NCBI GenBank assembly: GCA_000091205.1
Contig: AP006502.2
Source of the DNA: Cyanidioschyzon merolae
Taxonomy: Eukaryota
Strand: one strand, 5' to 3'
DNA length: 64,000 nucleotides
The translations under genes were made by a program, and so were the position numbers. The notes under the pieces are model-generated. The model made no database searches and was not told where the DNA came from. It worked only from the letters and a program-made list of their open reading frames with translations. Shown in pieces: positions 1-12,500 of the stretch; the first letter of the stretch is position 1; each line of letters begins with the position of its first letter.

Positions 1-765
1 CGTGCCGTTCCCCTGCGGAGAGACCGAACGTCTTCGTTCCCATCGAGGGGAGTCACGTGTGCCTGGGTATACCCCGTGGCCCTGATTCGTGCTTTTCGGT
101 GCACACAACCCGCAACGCATATGAGCCGTACTCAAAGTTTTTTCCTGTCTTGCGTATTCGTTGGTTCGGCGACACTGCTGACATTGGCTACAGCCTGGGC
201 TCGCGTCTTTCTCGGTGTACATTTCCCGACGGATACGATTGCAGGTTTCCTTCAGGGCCTACTCATTCTCGCGCTAGTTCCCCGGCAATACGATGCATTT
301 TGTCCCCAGATGCGTTCGATATGGGTCGCGCTACGGAACACGCCAAAGTCCTTGGATGGCCTGCGGTTCGTAGGTATGACTGCTGTCGGTGCCCAGCTGC
401 TGCTGATCGCTGAACTACCCCGCCTTCAACTCTGGGGCAAGGCATCCTTCGTCTTTGGGGCCGAATGGAGCATGATCGCTCTTGGTGTAAGCGGCTTGCG
501 ATTCAGGCCATTTCGGCTGTCATGGGAGGTCCGTCTACTTGGCGCCCTGATCAGCGCGGTTTACGGAGCCGCCACTCTGTTCACAGCCGCGTTTTTCATT
601 TCCGAACAACAACGCCATCAACGGTCTCCTAAGCGACATCACCAATCCCAGAGATGGCTAGCCATACCACACTTGGCGATTTTCCTCTCCGTATATGGTG
701 CTGGTGTCCTGTTTTTTTGGATTGCTCCGAAAGTGCTCTCAAAATTTGAGTCATTTGTCGGATGA
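1..765 (+). CDS. PAP2-family lipid phosphate phosphatase-like protein, C-terminal part (gene begins upstream of window)
   Basis: ORF 76-765 carries the PAP2 C3 motif 'RVFLGVHFPTDTIAG' (SRxxxxxHxxxD type). The same frame upstream from nt 1 reads 'SFPSRGV', a degenerate PSGH-like C2 motif. The C-terminal half is hydrophobic and membrane-like. The ORF is truncated by the window edge. Confidence 0.45.
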   Translation, partial: RAVPLRRDRTSSFPSRGVTCAWVYPVALIRAFRCTQPATHMSRTQSFFLSCVFVGSATLLTLATAWARVFLGVHFPTDTIAGFLQGLLILALVPRQYDAFCPQMRSIWVALRNTPKSLDGLRFVGMTAVGAQLLLIAELPRLQLWGKASFVFGAEWSMIALGVSGLRFRPFRLSWEVRLLGALISAVYGAATLFTAAFFISEQQRHQRSPKRHHQSQRWLAIPHLAIFLSVYGAGVLFFWIAPKVLSKFESFVG

Positions 766-1241
766 CGCATTCGCACCGCATACATAAGGTTGCCGAAGAG
801 CGCTTACAAGCACCGCGCTTCAGATTCTGCTCAGAACTGTCCAATGATTGGACACCCAGTATGAATGCAATGCGTTTGGTATCCACGCCCGTCAGCGGAG
901 ACATCGCAGTGACAACCCAGGCACAGAGCCACGCAAGCGTGGCTGGAAAACTTTGGGATGACACGCAAGCTTTCTCACTTCCTAGTCTACGGGGAGCATC
1001 CAGAGGATGTAACGATACGAGATTCTCGGCATAAGGTTTTGATGCCAACGACGCGCCGAGTTTCGTAGACACCCGTGTTGGCTCTCGAATGCATAAGAGA
1101 GGCATCATGACGAATTCGACATATTCCTTACGCGATTTGTCCATTATGTTTCGTTCTGCGAATATCCCAGCACCGATACATGAGGTCCCTGGAGCAGGAC
1201 GCTGGTCTCAGCCTCGATTCGCCACAACACTCAAATCGGTA

Positions 1242-1871
1242 TCAGGGGCTCTGAGTTCCTGGAGTCTCAGAGCCCCGTCGTTCTCGCCGCAAGCTGTCGA
1301 GGTGGGAGCGGTAGAGAGCGCGCACTCTTTCATCAGCATTTGGTGGCAAGTACGATTCTAACTCAGGATCAGACGTCTCGATTGTTTCCGCTTCCCAGGT
1401 CGCCTCGTATTGGTCACTAACACAAACGGGGCACGTTATCTGCTTGCGACCTTTGCAGTATGAACACGGAATCGTCCGCCCCAGCACGCCTCTCCCGCCA
1501 CAAACAGGGCATTCAATCACGCTTTTTCCCGCACAAGTGGGACACTTCGGCTCCTCGGCACAGGCCTGAACGTACCGCATTAGTCGAGTGGCGTGGCGGG
1601 TACCGCTGCTCACACCGCGTCGACCAGACACACTCGTGCGCGACTGGAAGCGCTGTACACCGTACTTACGACGTGTAGTCCATTGCTTACTTGGAACCCC
1701 GTAAAACACGGTTTCGGCGTAGGCGAGGCTCTGTTCTTTACCTACCCACGAACCGGAGCGTCCCATTTCCAACAAAGTCGAGTACGTGACTCCGTTCACA
1801 TGACAGAGGGATCGCACGGTGTAGCGGATGTCCGCGGAGTCAGGCTTTGTTTGTGGCCCTGCGCCAGTCAC
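1242..1871 (-). CDS. DnaJ-type (CxxCxGxG) zinc-finger domain protein
   Basis: Four CxxC repeats are spaced as in the DnaJ central zinc-finger: 'CPTCAGKS','CPVCGGRG','CSYCKGRK','CPVCVSDQ'. The reading frame is GC-rich and free of stops. Confidence 0.45.
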   Translation of the reverse strand: MTGAGPQTKPDSADIRYTVRSLCHVNGVTYSTLLEMGRSGSWVGKEQSLAYAETVFYGVPSKQWTTRRKYGVQRFQSRTSVSGRRGVSSGTRHATRLMRYVQACAEEPKCPTCAGKSVIECPVCGGRGVLGRTIPCSYCKGRKQITCPVCVSDQYEATWEAETIETSDPELESYLPPNADERVRALYRSHLDSLRRERRGSETPGTQSP

Positions 1872-3907
1872 CTGAGCAAGAGCGCTGGGGTCTCGTTCGC
1901 ACTGTCGGCGATCCGCAGCTTCAGTTCCAGCTCATATGTCCCATGATACAAGGGATAGATGATACGTCCGCTCCGTTGCAGGTATGAGCGTTACGTGGAT
2001 GCGTGAGGTTGATGCTCCCACACCAGACGCTGGTTGCACGTGAGCGGGGCGCTGGTATGACTCACCGACTTATATTACGCGAGCTGTATCACGAACGGGG
2101 CATTGCTCTGAGAGGGTTCGTCCAGTTTGGATGCTGACGCAGAGTCCCTGTGCCTCATGCAAGTGCCTGGATGATATGGATTCCTCGTGAACGAGTCGCG
2201 AAAAGCACCTCGCCTGGTCGAGCCCAGGACTTGAAGCGCTGGGGCGACGATTCCATGCTGCGTGATCACTTTGGTCACACTCACTGAAACAGTACAAACT
2301 GAATGCATTCGTCTCTGGTCTGTGCGATACAGCCGGGGCTCGAGCGCCCCGTTCTGTGGCACCTTGCTCTGTACGCGGTCGTGGTACAGAGCCCTGTGCA
2401 TGCCAGTCTGCGCTTCTCATTCCCGCGTATGCGCGTTGCATCCGGGAGACATGTCGCTCGGGGCGAGCTCGGCTTTTGTAGGGCGGAAGCGGCGACACTT
2501 CGAGCGCCTGCATACCAGCGGACCCGCTGCATCGCGAGTCGATGCCCTGCAAGGCATCAATATGCCATCGGAACTCCGCATGATAAAGCCGCGTCAGCGT
2601 ATCCAGCGCCACAGCAATCGCATGAGTGAAGCTCTGAACCCACCGGGTCGCTGCATCTGACCTTCGTTGCGGCGGAGAATATCGGACTGGGCTGCGAAAT
2701 GACAGAATCTTCCCCGTATGGGTAGAGCGATCCAGTACAGGGGTATCGGCAGAGATCGCACACCGGCGAGTCTGCGGACATCGCTCGAAATGATGCCACA
2801 GAGTAGAGCCCGGCAGCTGGAGCTTCTCTGCATCGGGATCGCATTTCCCTAGATAGTATTGAACTGATGCAAATGAAAAAGAGTGGCGTACGTAGAGGAA
2901 CCAAACTGCAGACGATGGGTAGCGGCAGCGTGCCGGCATTTCGGCAACGCATTGGAAATCCGTCGATCTTCGTTTTCTAAGGATGCACGATGGTTTTCTG
3001 TAGCCAGAGATGCCCGATTGCAAAATAATTATCGGTATGTGGCACAACGTCCATCATTCCGTACTACACCTCAATTTCCCGTCGCAAGCTATTGGTCGGG
3101 ACGAGGTCCAGAGAGCATGCAGCCGTCGAAATGCGTTCCGGATCTGCTCGAGCACCACGCACCGCATAGCATCCCTTGTTGACGTTTTCTGGTCAGAGAA
3201 CATTGACGGTGATCGACGCTTCCCGTCCGAGTTGGCATGATGTCGGTATGTACCATACGCGTCGCCGCGACGCGTACTCGAGTTGTGAGTCGCTCGCACA
3301 CCGCCAGTCCAATGGATAACGGTAGCAGAGACGCACCTGGGACATCCACATCGGAATTCCAGAATGCAACGTACCGCGGGGACGTTCTTACCGGATTCCG
3401 CTCAAGTCAGCAAGTATCCAGAGAGATCCAAGAATGCATGCGAAAGAGGCACATGTGCGGAGATCACCACATTTCCGGTTTCCTAGCACTCCTTTGTACC
3501 TTGCGGGTGCAAGAGAATCCATCATGAAGCACTCGATCCGCAGACCAGTGGGTAAAGTGCGACCGCTCACGCGTACGGTATGCAAAAAAAGGCTGCGTAG
3601 GGATTCTAAAGCGTAGCGGGATCCAGAGCCTTTAGGAACAATGCGAGGCGGCCGGCATCCAGACGTGCAGTTGCTATCGAAACCTGTCAAGGCGTTTAGC
3701 CAGATTTGGTCTCGTCCCTGTGGTTCAAACAGGTTGCTTCGTGGGCAGGAGCTCCGGGCATCCGACCAAAGGCGACCGAATCGATCCGAATGCAACTTTG
3801 TCATATTTATGGATTTTTTCACCACAAAAATGAATCGTTCGTGAGGACTTGGAGCGAGCGCCCCGAATACGCGCTCAATGGATGCGTAGGCACCGCGGCG
3901 ATCGAAG

Positions 3908-4179
3908 AAGATATACGGGTCATGGAACTTGAACGTAGCGTGTAGCATGATAGACGCGTTCCCCGAAATCCGACGATCCATCCAGCAGTCCGGTATCGAT
4001 AGCCAGTAGAAACGCTCTGTCCAACATAATCGACCGTCTCTCAGTATCTTCTTGGCGAAGTATGGGTCATGGAACTTGAACGTAGCGTGTAGCATGATAG
4101 ACGCGTTCTCCGAAATCCGACGATCCATCCAGCAGTCCGGTATCGATAGCCAGTAGAAACGCTCTGTCCAGTAAAAAAG
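3908..4179. repeat. local duplication of a ~116-bp unit (copies at 3908-4023 and 4064-4179)
   Basis: The near-identical string 'gggtcatggaacttgaacgtagcgtgtagcatgatagacgcgtt(c/t)cccgaaatccgacgatccatccagcagtccggtatcgatagccagtagaaacgctctgtcca' occurs twice, 156 bp apart. Confidence 0.8.
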
Positions 4180-4541
4180 TAATCGGAGCGATCGGCTTTA
4201 TCACAGTCCAGAGGGCGCAGCGTCCGTTGATCGGAGACTGTGTAGAAAAATTGGCGCTGATAACGCTCATCATTTCGGGTATCTACCAGTTGCGTGATAC
4301 TGTTTTCTACAACTCCGTGACCTTCAAGTTGAACGCTCCTGCGGGTACTCAGAATCGTATTCGTGTCATGTTCTTGGATACGCCTCAAGCGAGACGCTGA
4401 GAACGTTGCTCACGAGCAAGACTAGCGGAACGGAAGCGCTGCGCGCTGGCTAAGCACCAGCGCCGGGAACCTGCATCCGCTCCACCGTCGCGACGTGCAC
4501 CACTGGTCTAGGTACCCGCGTTTTCATCTTCGACATCGTCT

Positions 4542-6917
4542 TTGTCTTTGTCAGCGAACATCGCTCCTCACCGCCAGATTCCATCAGTCATGGTAGAAGT
4601 ATGGCGTGTCTTGTTCGCGATCGTCTGTGTTTGCTTCTCCGCTATGTTTGCCGGCCTGACACTGGGAATGCTCACTCTCGATCTCTTCGATTTACGCATA
4701 ATCGCAGAGTCGGGAACGGTTCGTGAGCGCGAACAGGCGCGAAGAGTCATGAGCGTACGCAAGCACGGTAACTATTTGCTCTGCACGCTGCTTACCGGAA
4801 ACACAGCTGCGAATGCGCTTTTCTCTATTCTGACCGCGGAGCTAACCAGCGGCCTTATCGGCTTCGTCATTTCCACACTAGCAATTCTCTTCTTCGCCGA
4901 AATCATTCCCCAGTCTATCTGCCACCGGTTCGGGCTACGCATCGGAGCGGCCATGGTCTGGCTGGTGAAAATCTTCATGATCGTGCTCACCCCGATTTCC
5001 TTTCCCACAAGCCGCATTCTTGACTATTTTCTCGGAACAGAGCCAATTACGCGTTACAATAAGCGCGCCCTCAAAGCGCTTCTCAGCATTCAAACTAGAG
5101 ATAATGCGATCGCAGCTGCAGCTGAGACAGTGCAGGCCGAGCGACAGCGGAAGGCGCTCAAAACACGGCGACGCCGTCGTCGAAAGAAACGAGGTAGTGT
5201 TCAGAACTCACCGGTAACTTCCACTGGGGAGCATCCGCGAAGCTCGAACGAAACTGCTCCGGGACACGGCAAGTCGCTCAAGGATGCGATGAGACGCGCC
5301 TTTCGTAGCCGGTCGAGCAGCGAGCGTGCGTCTACGGAGAATCCCACTCCAGAAAGCGAAGCGGAGTCGGGCGCGCTGAGAGTCACCGGCACAGCGGATG
5401 CGATGTCGAGCAAGCTGGACGCATGGTCAACAGCGCCTGCAGACGCGCTCGTCGATGTCGAGCGGGGTGTTTCACCTTCACCGGCTGATGCGCGGATTAT
5501 CGCCCGTCCTCCAGAGGCGAGCGTCATCGGTGGTCGGGACTCGGCCTCGATTGTTGCCGGTGCAATTGGTGCCACGTACGCGGCAGCAGCGTCCAAGGCA
5601 AGCACTGAGCAGATCACCATGGAGGAGGGCCTGATCCTGAGCGGTGCTCTGGAATTTGCTGCCAAAACAGTCGAGCAGATTATGACGCCGCTGAATAAGG
5701 TTTTCATGCTGAGTGGCAAGGATCGACTGGACTTTAAAACCATGGCCAGCATCTTCCAGTCGGGACACTCACGTATTCCAGTCTACCTTGGAAAGCGCTC
5801 CAATATAACGGGTGTCATATTCACGAAGGATCTCATTTTGATTGACCCAGACGATAATATACCGGTATCGGCGATCTTGCTGCTCTTTCGTCGCGAGTTG
5901 CGTCGAGTCGTTGCGGATGTGCATCTCAACGTGCTGTTGAACGAGTTCAAGACGGGTCGCGGGCATCTCGCGATCGTTCAGCGGAGCAGCTCCGACGAAG
6001 CCGTCGGCATCGTGACCCTCGAGGATGTGATCGAGGAGATCATTCAGTCAGAAATTGTAGATGAAACGGACGTGTATCGGGATAACGTGCGGGATGAAGT
6101 CGTTGTCCGCAAACGCCGCATCGACGCGGATTTGCTGCGGATGCTGGATTCCACGCCCCGGTACGAGACGCACTTGACGGCCGGTGAGGTGTCCATTATT
6201 GCCTCCTTCTTGGCGAACAACTTTGCACGAGAATTTGGGGAATCAAAAATGAGCTTTCATCAATTGGAACATCTTTTGGCGAATTGCACCATCGCTGAAT
6301 ACGACCGACCCGGAGCGCCTATCAACGGCTTGGCTGAGGACGAGCCCTCACACCGAGATGCCATCTCCGATACTGCTGGGGCTAGTGACGACGATGCTTC
6401 TATACGCAAAGCGCCTGAGGTCACCGTATGGGACCTGGACGGCACGCGCAGTGCTGGGAGCAGCCCTGCGTGGATGGCCAGTCGGGGTCTGGACTTTGCC
6501 GCCGCCACGGGACGATCCTCCGGACGCAGTTTCGGTAGCAAAGAGGAGCACCATACGCTCGCTGCTCGGCGTTCGATACCGCTGAGTGCTGCCTCTGCAG
6601 ATGACTTGACAGAGCGATCGGCTGATTTCTACATCTACAAACGAGGTGTACCGTCGCATCACGCCACCCTGATCCTGTCGGGGCACGTGGAAATCATGTG
6701 GGATCGACGAAGGCGCATCTCTGAGACAGGGCCTTGGACGCTTCTCGCGCGAGAAGCTCTCGAAGATGAGCTCTACGTTGCAGATTTTACTGCGCGTGGG
6801 GTGGAGTTTCCGCTGCGCTTGTTGCGTATCCCTACCCGTCTCTATCGGCGATCGATACGGTTGTCGGCGGAAGAAGCCGCCTCGCCTCAGGCTGGTGTGA
6901 AAAGCAGCGCTTCCTGA
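4542..6917 (+). CDS. CNNM/DUF21 family metal (Mg2+) transporter-like protein with CBS-pair domain
   Basis: The N-terminal multi-pass hydrophobic DUF21 region is followed by a CBS pair ('MTPLNKVFMLSGKDRLDFKTMASIFQSGHSRIPVY...GIVTLEDVIEEII'). It has a long low-complexity insert and a C-terminal cNMP-binding-like tail. The 791-aa ORF is uninterrupted. Confidence 0.85.
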   Translation: MSLSANIAPHRQIPSVMVEVWRVLFAIVCVCFSAMFAGLTLGMLTLDLFDLRIIAESGTVREREQARRVMSVRKHGNYLLCTLLTGNTAANALFSILTAELTSGLIGFVISTLAILFFAEIIPQSICHRFGLRIGAAMVWLVKIFMIVLTPISFPTSRILDYFLGTEPITRYNKRALKALLSIQTRDNAIAAAAETVQAERQRKALKTRRRRRRKKRGSVQNSPVTSTGEHPRSSNETAPGHGKSLKDAMRRAFRSRSSSERASTENPTPESEAESGALRVTGTADAMSSKLDAWSTAPADALVDVERGVSPSPADARIIARPPEASVIGGRDSASIVAGAIGATYAAAASKASTEQITMEEGLILSGALEFAAKTVEQIMTPLNKVFMLSGKDRLDFKTMASIFQSGHSRIPVYLGKRSNITGVIFTKDLILIDPDDNIPVSAILLLFRRELRRVVADVHLNVLLNEFKTGRGHLAIVQRSSSDEAVGIVTLEDVIEEIIQSEIVDETDVYRDNVRDEVVVRKRRIDADLLRMLDSTPRYETHLTAGEVSIIASFLANNFAREFGESKMSFHQLEHLLANCTIAEYDRPGAPINGLAEDEPSHRDAISDTAGASDDDASIRKAPEVTVWDLDGTRSAGSSPAWMASRGLDFAAATGRSSGRSFGSKEEHHTLAARRSIPLSAASADDLTERSADFYIYKRGVPSHHATLILSGHVEIMWDRRRRISETGPWTLLAREALEDELYVADFTARGVEFPLRLLRIPTRLYRRSIRLSAEEAASPQAGVKSSAS

Positions 6918-8038
6918 GCAGCACCTGTCATGGCCCTCTGGTGTGCAGCGCATAGCTCTGGGCTGAACGCACGCTGCGCGCGTGTGAAGCACTGCAGATA
7001 CTCGGACCGTGCAACCGCACTGAGCGACGCCAATGCTGCCTGGAAACGAATCTGGTATGAGTTCGTCCAGATGCTGCTGCACGATGATGCTCAACGTTCG
7101 ATGAAGGATCCATGACCGGTACGATGCGTGGATTCGCTGCATCGGACATGAACTTTGTGGTTCTTGACGACCGCTTAGCGTCTGCTGGGGGATCATGGTC
7201 GACGCTCGCTGACGTTTACAAGAAAGACACGGGATCTGGATTCGCAAAAAGTCGCTGCGCAAGTGCACGCTGATGCTGATGTGGACAAGCGCGTTATCAC
7301 AGGTGACAACGCCTCGGACATGTAGGGTCTCATTTTCCAAGCCGAGTGTACCCATACGGCAGCAACTTTGTGGACCGAAGCGCCGAAGGAATGTATAGCT
7401 TCTCAAAGAGAGCGTTTGTCACGACAGTTGCCCGCGTGCGGCGGATAGCCACGAAATCTACGATTCGTAAATACGTCAAGTTGGACCGCACAGAGCCCAT
7501 GTAAACGCTTCAGATGCCACGGTGGCAAAGTCAGCTCCGCAGACACTCGGGCTCGAGCACGGTCTCGGAGCGCAATCCCTCTATTGTAGTATTGGCGCTT
7601 GGCGAAACGTACTGACTGCTGATCGAAAAGTGATGTCCTCTTTTCACGTCGCTTTCATTCTCGCGCTAATGACGACTGTGCAGTTCAACCGTCCATGCTT
7701 CCGAGTGAAATCCTGTGATCGCTCTTGCAACCGTTGCTGCCGTATGCAGCGACCATGCCCGAAAAACACCAAACTTCGGTCGTTTCACATGACCGCTCAT
7801 AGGAGAGTACACCGATCCACTGCCACCGGTTCACAGAGCGAGACGCCTGTTCAAAGGCACGGTCCAAATGGCTCCAGGCAACCTTGGGGATGCCGGGGAC
7901 GGGCTCCTTGCCTAGGTTGCTTCAGGCGTCGAATCGAATCCGGCATCCGGCATCCGATTCGATCCGACCGACCCGAAGCGTAGGTATTCGCTGGAATATC
8001 CTTGCAAAGTTGCTACCGTTTTTCGGCAGTCACACATA

Positions 8039-8058
8039 GACACACACACACACACACA
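8039..8058. repeat. (CA)n microsatellite
   Basis: The run 'cacacacacacacacacaca' is visible in the sequence. Confidence 0.9.
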
Positions 8059-8226
8059 GAGAAGTTTGAGGCACCTCTACGTGCCGGTGCATGACAGAAT
8101 GAATCCACGTCGATGACGCGTCTCGCTGCGAGAGCGCCCTGCACACGATGGGCTCTCCGTACACCGCCCGCTACGACAGCGCGCTGCTGCAGTCCATGCG
8201 CCAGCACTGCTGCTCCGCCTTCTCCG

Positions 8227-9510
8227 CTAGAGATGCACGTGCTCGGGCGTCGCTGAATCATCGGCATCCTTGCGATAGTACTCGATGAGAACGCGAGCAA
8301 CACACTCGCGCATGACACGACTATCGGGAATGCGTCCTGCTCGAAGCGTTTCGCGCATTTTTGTACCGCTAATACTAACCGGTGTCATTCCTGGGTGCTC
8401 CTCAACCAGGCCGACACGACCTAGCTCTTCAAAATACGCAGCATAACCCACGGGAATCGCTTCAATCGCCAGCTTGCCACCCAGGCTGCGGAAGATGCGC
8501 TGGGCCTCAAAATCATCCCAAATGGGGGTCTGATCATCGTACGGGGCATCGGCGTGTTTGCGTCCTACAATGAAATGCGTGAAACCCAGGTTCTGTCGAT
8601 AGATTGCGTGCATGACGGCCTCGTTGGGTCCAGCGTAGAACATGCGCATGTCGAGGCCCACCAGATGCAGCTGCTCGTGCAACGACTGTCCAGCTCGCTT
8701 CCAGACGTCCTCGTTTTGGTCACCTTGGCCAAGCACGCGCTGCTCTACCAGATTGATGTACGTTTGCATGCGAACAGTCGCTGGTACATCGTCCGACTTG
8801 AGCTCGCCCACAAGCGGATTCAAAAACACGCCCGTGTATCGCTCGGGATGCGCGGAGAGCAACTGTTCCGCCCCGTGAACCAGCGCATATTCATGCGCGC
8901 GATGCAGTGGGTTGCGCGTCTGGAATGCTACTGTCTGCTCGAAGCCTCGATGTTGAATGAGCTCTCGGACCTGTAGTGGTCCTTTGATGTACGAGGCGAA
9001 CGGGCGCGGGTCGGGTGCTGGTTCAAACATACACAGCGAGCCGCCGAGGCTGAAGCGCCGGCTGTCACCTGTCCACAGTCGAGCGCCCGGGTGATCTGTG
9101 CGTTCCGTTCTATAAACAATGCGTAAAAAACGTTGTAGATCGCGCTCATATATCGTTTCCACGGTCAAGACTCCTATAGCGACGCTGTTTTCGTCACGAA
9201 GGACGACCTCATCGCCGACTTTAATTCTGGCGGCATCCTCTGCGTCAACAGGTAGAAAGATGGGAATCGTCCAGGCGTAGGCTTCCCCGTGCCGCACGAT
9301 GCACGCACGCTCGAGAACGCTCTCGTAGTCATCGACGTTCATCGGCCCGGTAAGAGGTGACAGGGTTCCGTCCGCTATGCGGTGAAGCGTCGTGCAGTCC
9401 GCGCTGCTAACCGCAACGGACGGGCGGCTCAAGAGTGCCTCCACCGGCAGCCGGTTCCCGTACCGGTTCACTGGCTCGGCCAGTCCACCGTGAACTGGAG
9501 CTGTAACCAT
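8227..9510 (-). CDS. sulfate adenylyltransferase (ATP sulfurylase)
   Basis: Shows the ATP-sulfurylase motifs 'FQTRNPLHRAHEYA' (QTRNP.HRAHE) and 'VGRKHADAPYDD' (GRDHAG-type), plus an N-terminal PUA-like region. The 427-aa ORF is intact. Confidence 0.9.
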   Translation of the reverse strand: MVTAPVHGGLAEPVNRYGNRLPVEALLSRPSVAVSSADCTTLHRIADGTLSPLTGPMNVDDYESVLERACIVRHGEAYAWTIPIFLPVDAEDAARIKVGDEVVLRDENSVAIGVLTVETIYERDLQRFLRIVYRTERTDHPGARLWTGDSRRFSLGGSLCMFEPAPDPRPFASYIKGPLQVRELIQHRGFEQTVAFQTRNPLHRAHEYALVHGAEQLLSAHPERYTGVFLNPLVGELKSDDVPATVRMQTYINLVEQRVLGQGDQNEDVWKRAGQSLHEQLHLVGLDMRMFYAGPNEAVMHAIYRQNLGFTHFIVGRKHADAPYDDQTPIWDDFEAQRIFRSLGGKLAIEAIPVGYAAYFEELGRVGLVEEHPGMTPVSISGTKMRETLRAGRIPDSRVMRECVARVLIEYYRKDADDSATPEHVHL

Positions 9511-12500
9511 TTGATCGTGCTTTTGATAGATGGAATAAAGCAGAGCTGGTCAAGAAACCAGCCAGCCTTACGAAGTGAGCACCAGGCGCCAATATTCGTT
9601 GAAGCCACTCCCGGTACCCGTTGCGGCAAAAATGGGACGCTGCCGTTACGCTCCGCTGCGATGTTCTCTCCGATGACAAAACGTTTCCATTGACCGTCGG
9701 TTGCAGACTCCGAGATCGGTACTGGCTTGTGGGAAAGTGTCCACTATGACGCACTCCACCTCCAGGTTCCATTAAGTGTACTTCCTTTCGCATGGACTCG
9801 TTGTATTATACCTTCTATGGTCGGCCGAGCGCATGCCTTGCCGCATCCGCATTAGCGCCTAGACCGTTGGGGCGGATGCATCCCGGAGACAGCACGGCTT
9901 TGCCGTACCACTGAGGGCGTCAAGTCCAGGTGCGCTGGACTCGACACGGGATCAGAGTACGTAAGCTTTCTAGGAGTCAGCCGTATATGCTCTGGAAGAC
10001 TCAGTTCCGGAGAATGAGGTCAGGCAAGGAGACTAGAAACACTGACGTCAGGTTTCCACTATCCTTTTGGTAGAACGTCCACGAATTCGAGGTCGAGAGC
10101 AAAACGAGGCGATCCGACGATCTGACGCATTTCTTGTTCTGGTTGCGACATCGCTCCGAACGAGAATCCACAACGAGCGCTTCCACGGGCAGCTCTTCGT
10201 TCACCTGAATCGTTACGCCAAGAAGCTCTTCCATCAGTGCCTGCTTTTCTGGTCCACTTAGGTTACAGAAGAACTGGCTAAACGGGTACGACGACGGGTA
10301 CGAGTGTGCCTCATGTAGCGTTCGGCACATGGAACCGCGTACGGTTTTAGTTTCTGCGGTTTGCCTTATATATATGGCGTCTGCATAAGGTATGTACCGA
10401 CCGCAGGGGTGGCGTACCAGCGCTTCAAGATAATATGGCGAGCGTCTCGGCAAATCCCTGATCCTTCAGTCAGGCCAGATTGTATTTCCTGTCCCGAGTA
10501 TCAGTTTTGTTATCGCATGAATATTTGTGCACAAAATCTCTAGAGGAATGCGGACCGGTTGCAGCCTTGCATCCGGAACCCCTGAACGACAAATTGCTCG
10601 TCGAGGTGCTTGTAACTGAGCAAAGCTGGCGAGCCTTCGTCCTGCAAAATGCTACAAAATTTTTCACGGCGCCCTGTATCTCTCAATATTACGGATGCGA
10701 AGAGCTGATCTATGGATTCGGAAGCACAGAAATGGCGTTTGGCAACAGAGAGGGCGCATTCCACTCGGGTGAACACGGAAGAGAATGCTTGCATGAGAGG
10801 CGGCTCACCGCGAATTACAGCTTCGTCGTCCTTGAGTCCTGGCGCTTGGTGGAAAGTGACGTTTCCTGTCAACGGGAAAGAGGCATATGGGATGGAGAAG
10901 CCAAGACGTGCTTCGACGAAGGAAGAGCTATTGGACGATCCCGTCCGTTTGGTGTGAGTTGTCGGCGACCCTACGATTGAATCGTCGATAACGCCGATGC
11001 TGTTGTAATTCCTGTTTGTCTGCGGTATGCGAAAAGCGGTTCGCTTCTCGCTGAGTACCCGTGTGCAGGTCTACACTATCTCCGGAATGAGGGCTGATCC
11101 AGTGAGAGGAGCGCCATTGTTTCTTTGCATAAACGTTTGCGTCTCAAGACGTAATCGATTCTGTGATGCAAAACGCGCGACCGTCGCCTATAGAGGCGCC
11201 CTATTTTACTTGGCCCATTCGAGTCCCTTGTTCAGCGTTCGTTTCAACGGTACGAGCACGGCATATTGTGAGGCCTCCATGGTGGTGTTTCGTAGAAAAC
11301 GTGCGCAGCAGTAGACACAGACGAGGAGGCAGCTGCTACGCCAGGGCAAGATACGTTCTCTTTGGGGTGCATAACGTTCAGGATACATGCTGCGAAATGT
11401 GTGACTCATCCGCCCGGTGACGGTAGAATTACTGACTCGTGTACGCACGGTCGTTTGCAGAGGTCATCAGCGACACACCCTGGCCTTCGTGAGACCCTTT
11501 TCAAATCCATACAATAGATTCTTTTTCTTGAATACCTGCGAACCAACGAACAGAAACTAAAAGCGCGTGCAGGGACAGGCGCTCCAAAATGCATCACACT
11601 CTCAAGATAACGGTACTCCGTTGACACTCTCTAACGCTGATCTCTGGTGCTGCGTTCACTCAATAGCGCTCTTCTCCTGTAATGCACTGGAGCGGCGCTG
11701 TAAAGTCTGGAACTGGGCAACGAGCCCTGTTGAATGTCTAGGACGTCTGGCCGTACAAACAGCATATCGCAATCTGGGTATCCTGGTCTGCATCCAACGA
11801 CGAGTCGCAGAGGCGTGTTCATCGCGCCCTATACGATTCGTTGCAGACTGCGGTTCCGATGTGATTTCGGAAGCTACGCAGAACAAGCTTTTCTGGAAAG
11901 AAATTTCCCGACCTCATGTCACGGTTCATATACGTGCGTTCGCAAACATCTTGCAGTCCTCAGAAGAGATAGAAGACCATTATGCACGACCCGCGCTTGC
12001 GCAGGAGCGCGTCCTCGCCACTTGGTCCGGCACCGGCACTCAGACAGGCAGGTTATCGGAGAGCAGCTCCCGTTTGCTACGATTCTAGTCTAACGGTACT
12101 TGTCGAGCTTTGGTCAACAGACGAAACACCGCTTTTCGATTATGCACCGCTCCAGAGCTCATGTATAGCGTGATGGAACCCCGCATCGGGCACGTACGCA
12201 CGTTTCACCGCTCGTCGTAGACAGCAGTGCCTCCCGCAACGTCACTCCGGGACGCTGCGCTCCTCGATCAGAACTTCGAGCTGATCACCATAACCGCCCC
12301 GGTCTCGCGCAAGCCTCACTCTTCTCGCATATTTCAAGTTCCATGAGTAAAGACATCTACTGGATTTTCGCCTCTCGACAACGACTACTTGCACAGCGGA
12401 AAAGCCAGGCGCTCACGAAAGCGCCTCACCAGCAGCTCACGGGACGTCGTGGTAGCCGACGGCATACCGCCCAGAGGCGCTGGACGAGTCGCGCGGCAGG

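Noticed and set aside
2070-3047. 325-aa minus-strand ORF and the nest of overlapping 80-130-aa ORFs on both strands at 2.0-3.3 kb
   Set aside because: Low-complexity Arg/Ser/Ala/Pro-rich translation and mutual overlap on both strands with no motif, typical of chance ORFs in GC-rich DNA; not called as genes.
7921-7975. Palindrome-looking string 'gtcgaatcgaatccggcatccggcatccgattcgatccgac'
   Set aside because: It is a mirror repeat, not a reverse-complement inverted repeat, so it cannot form a hairpin; it is noted only as low-complexity.
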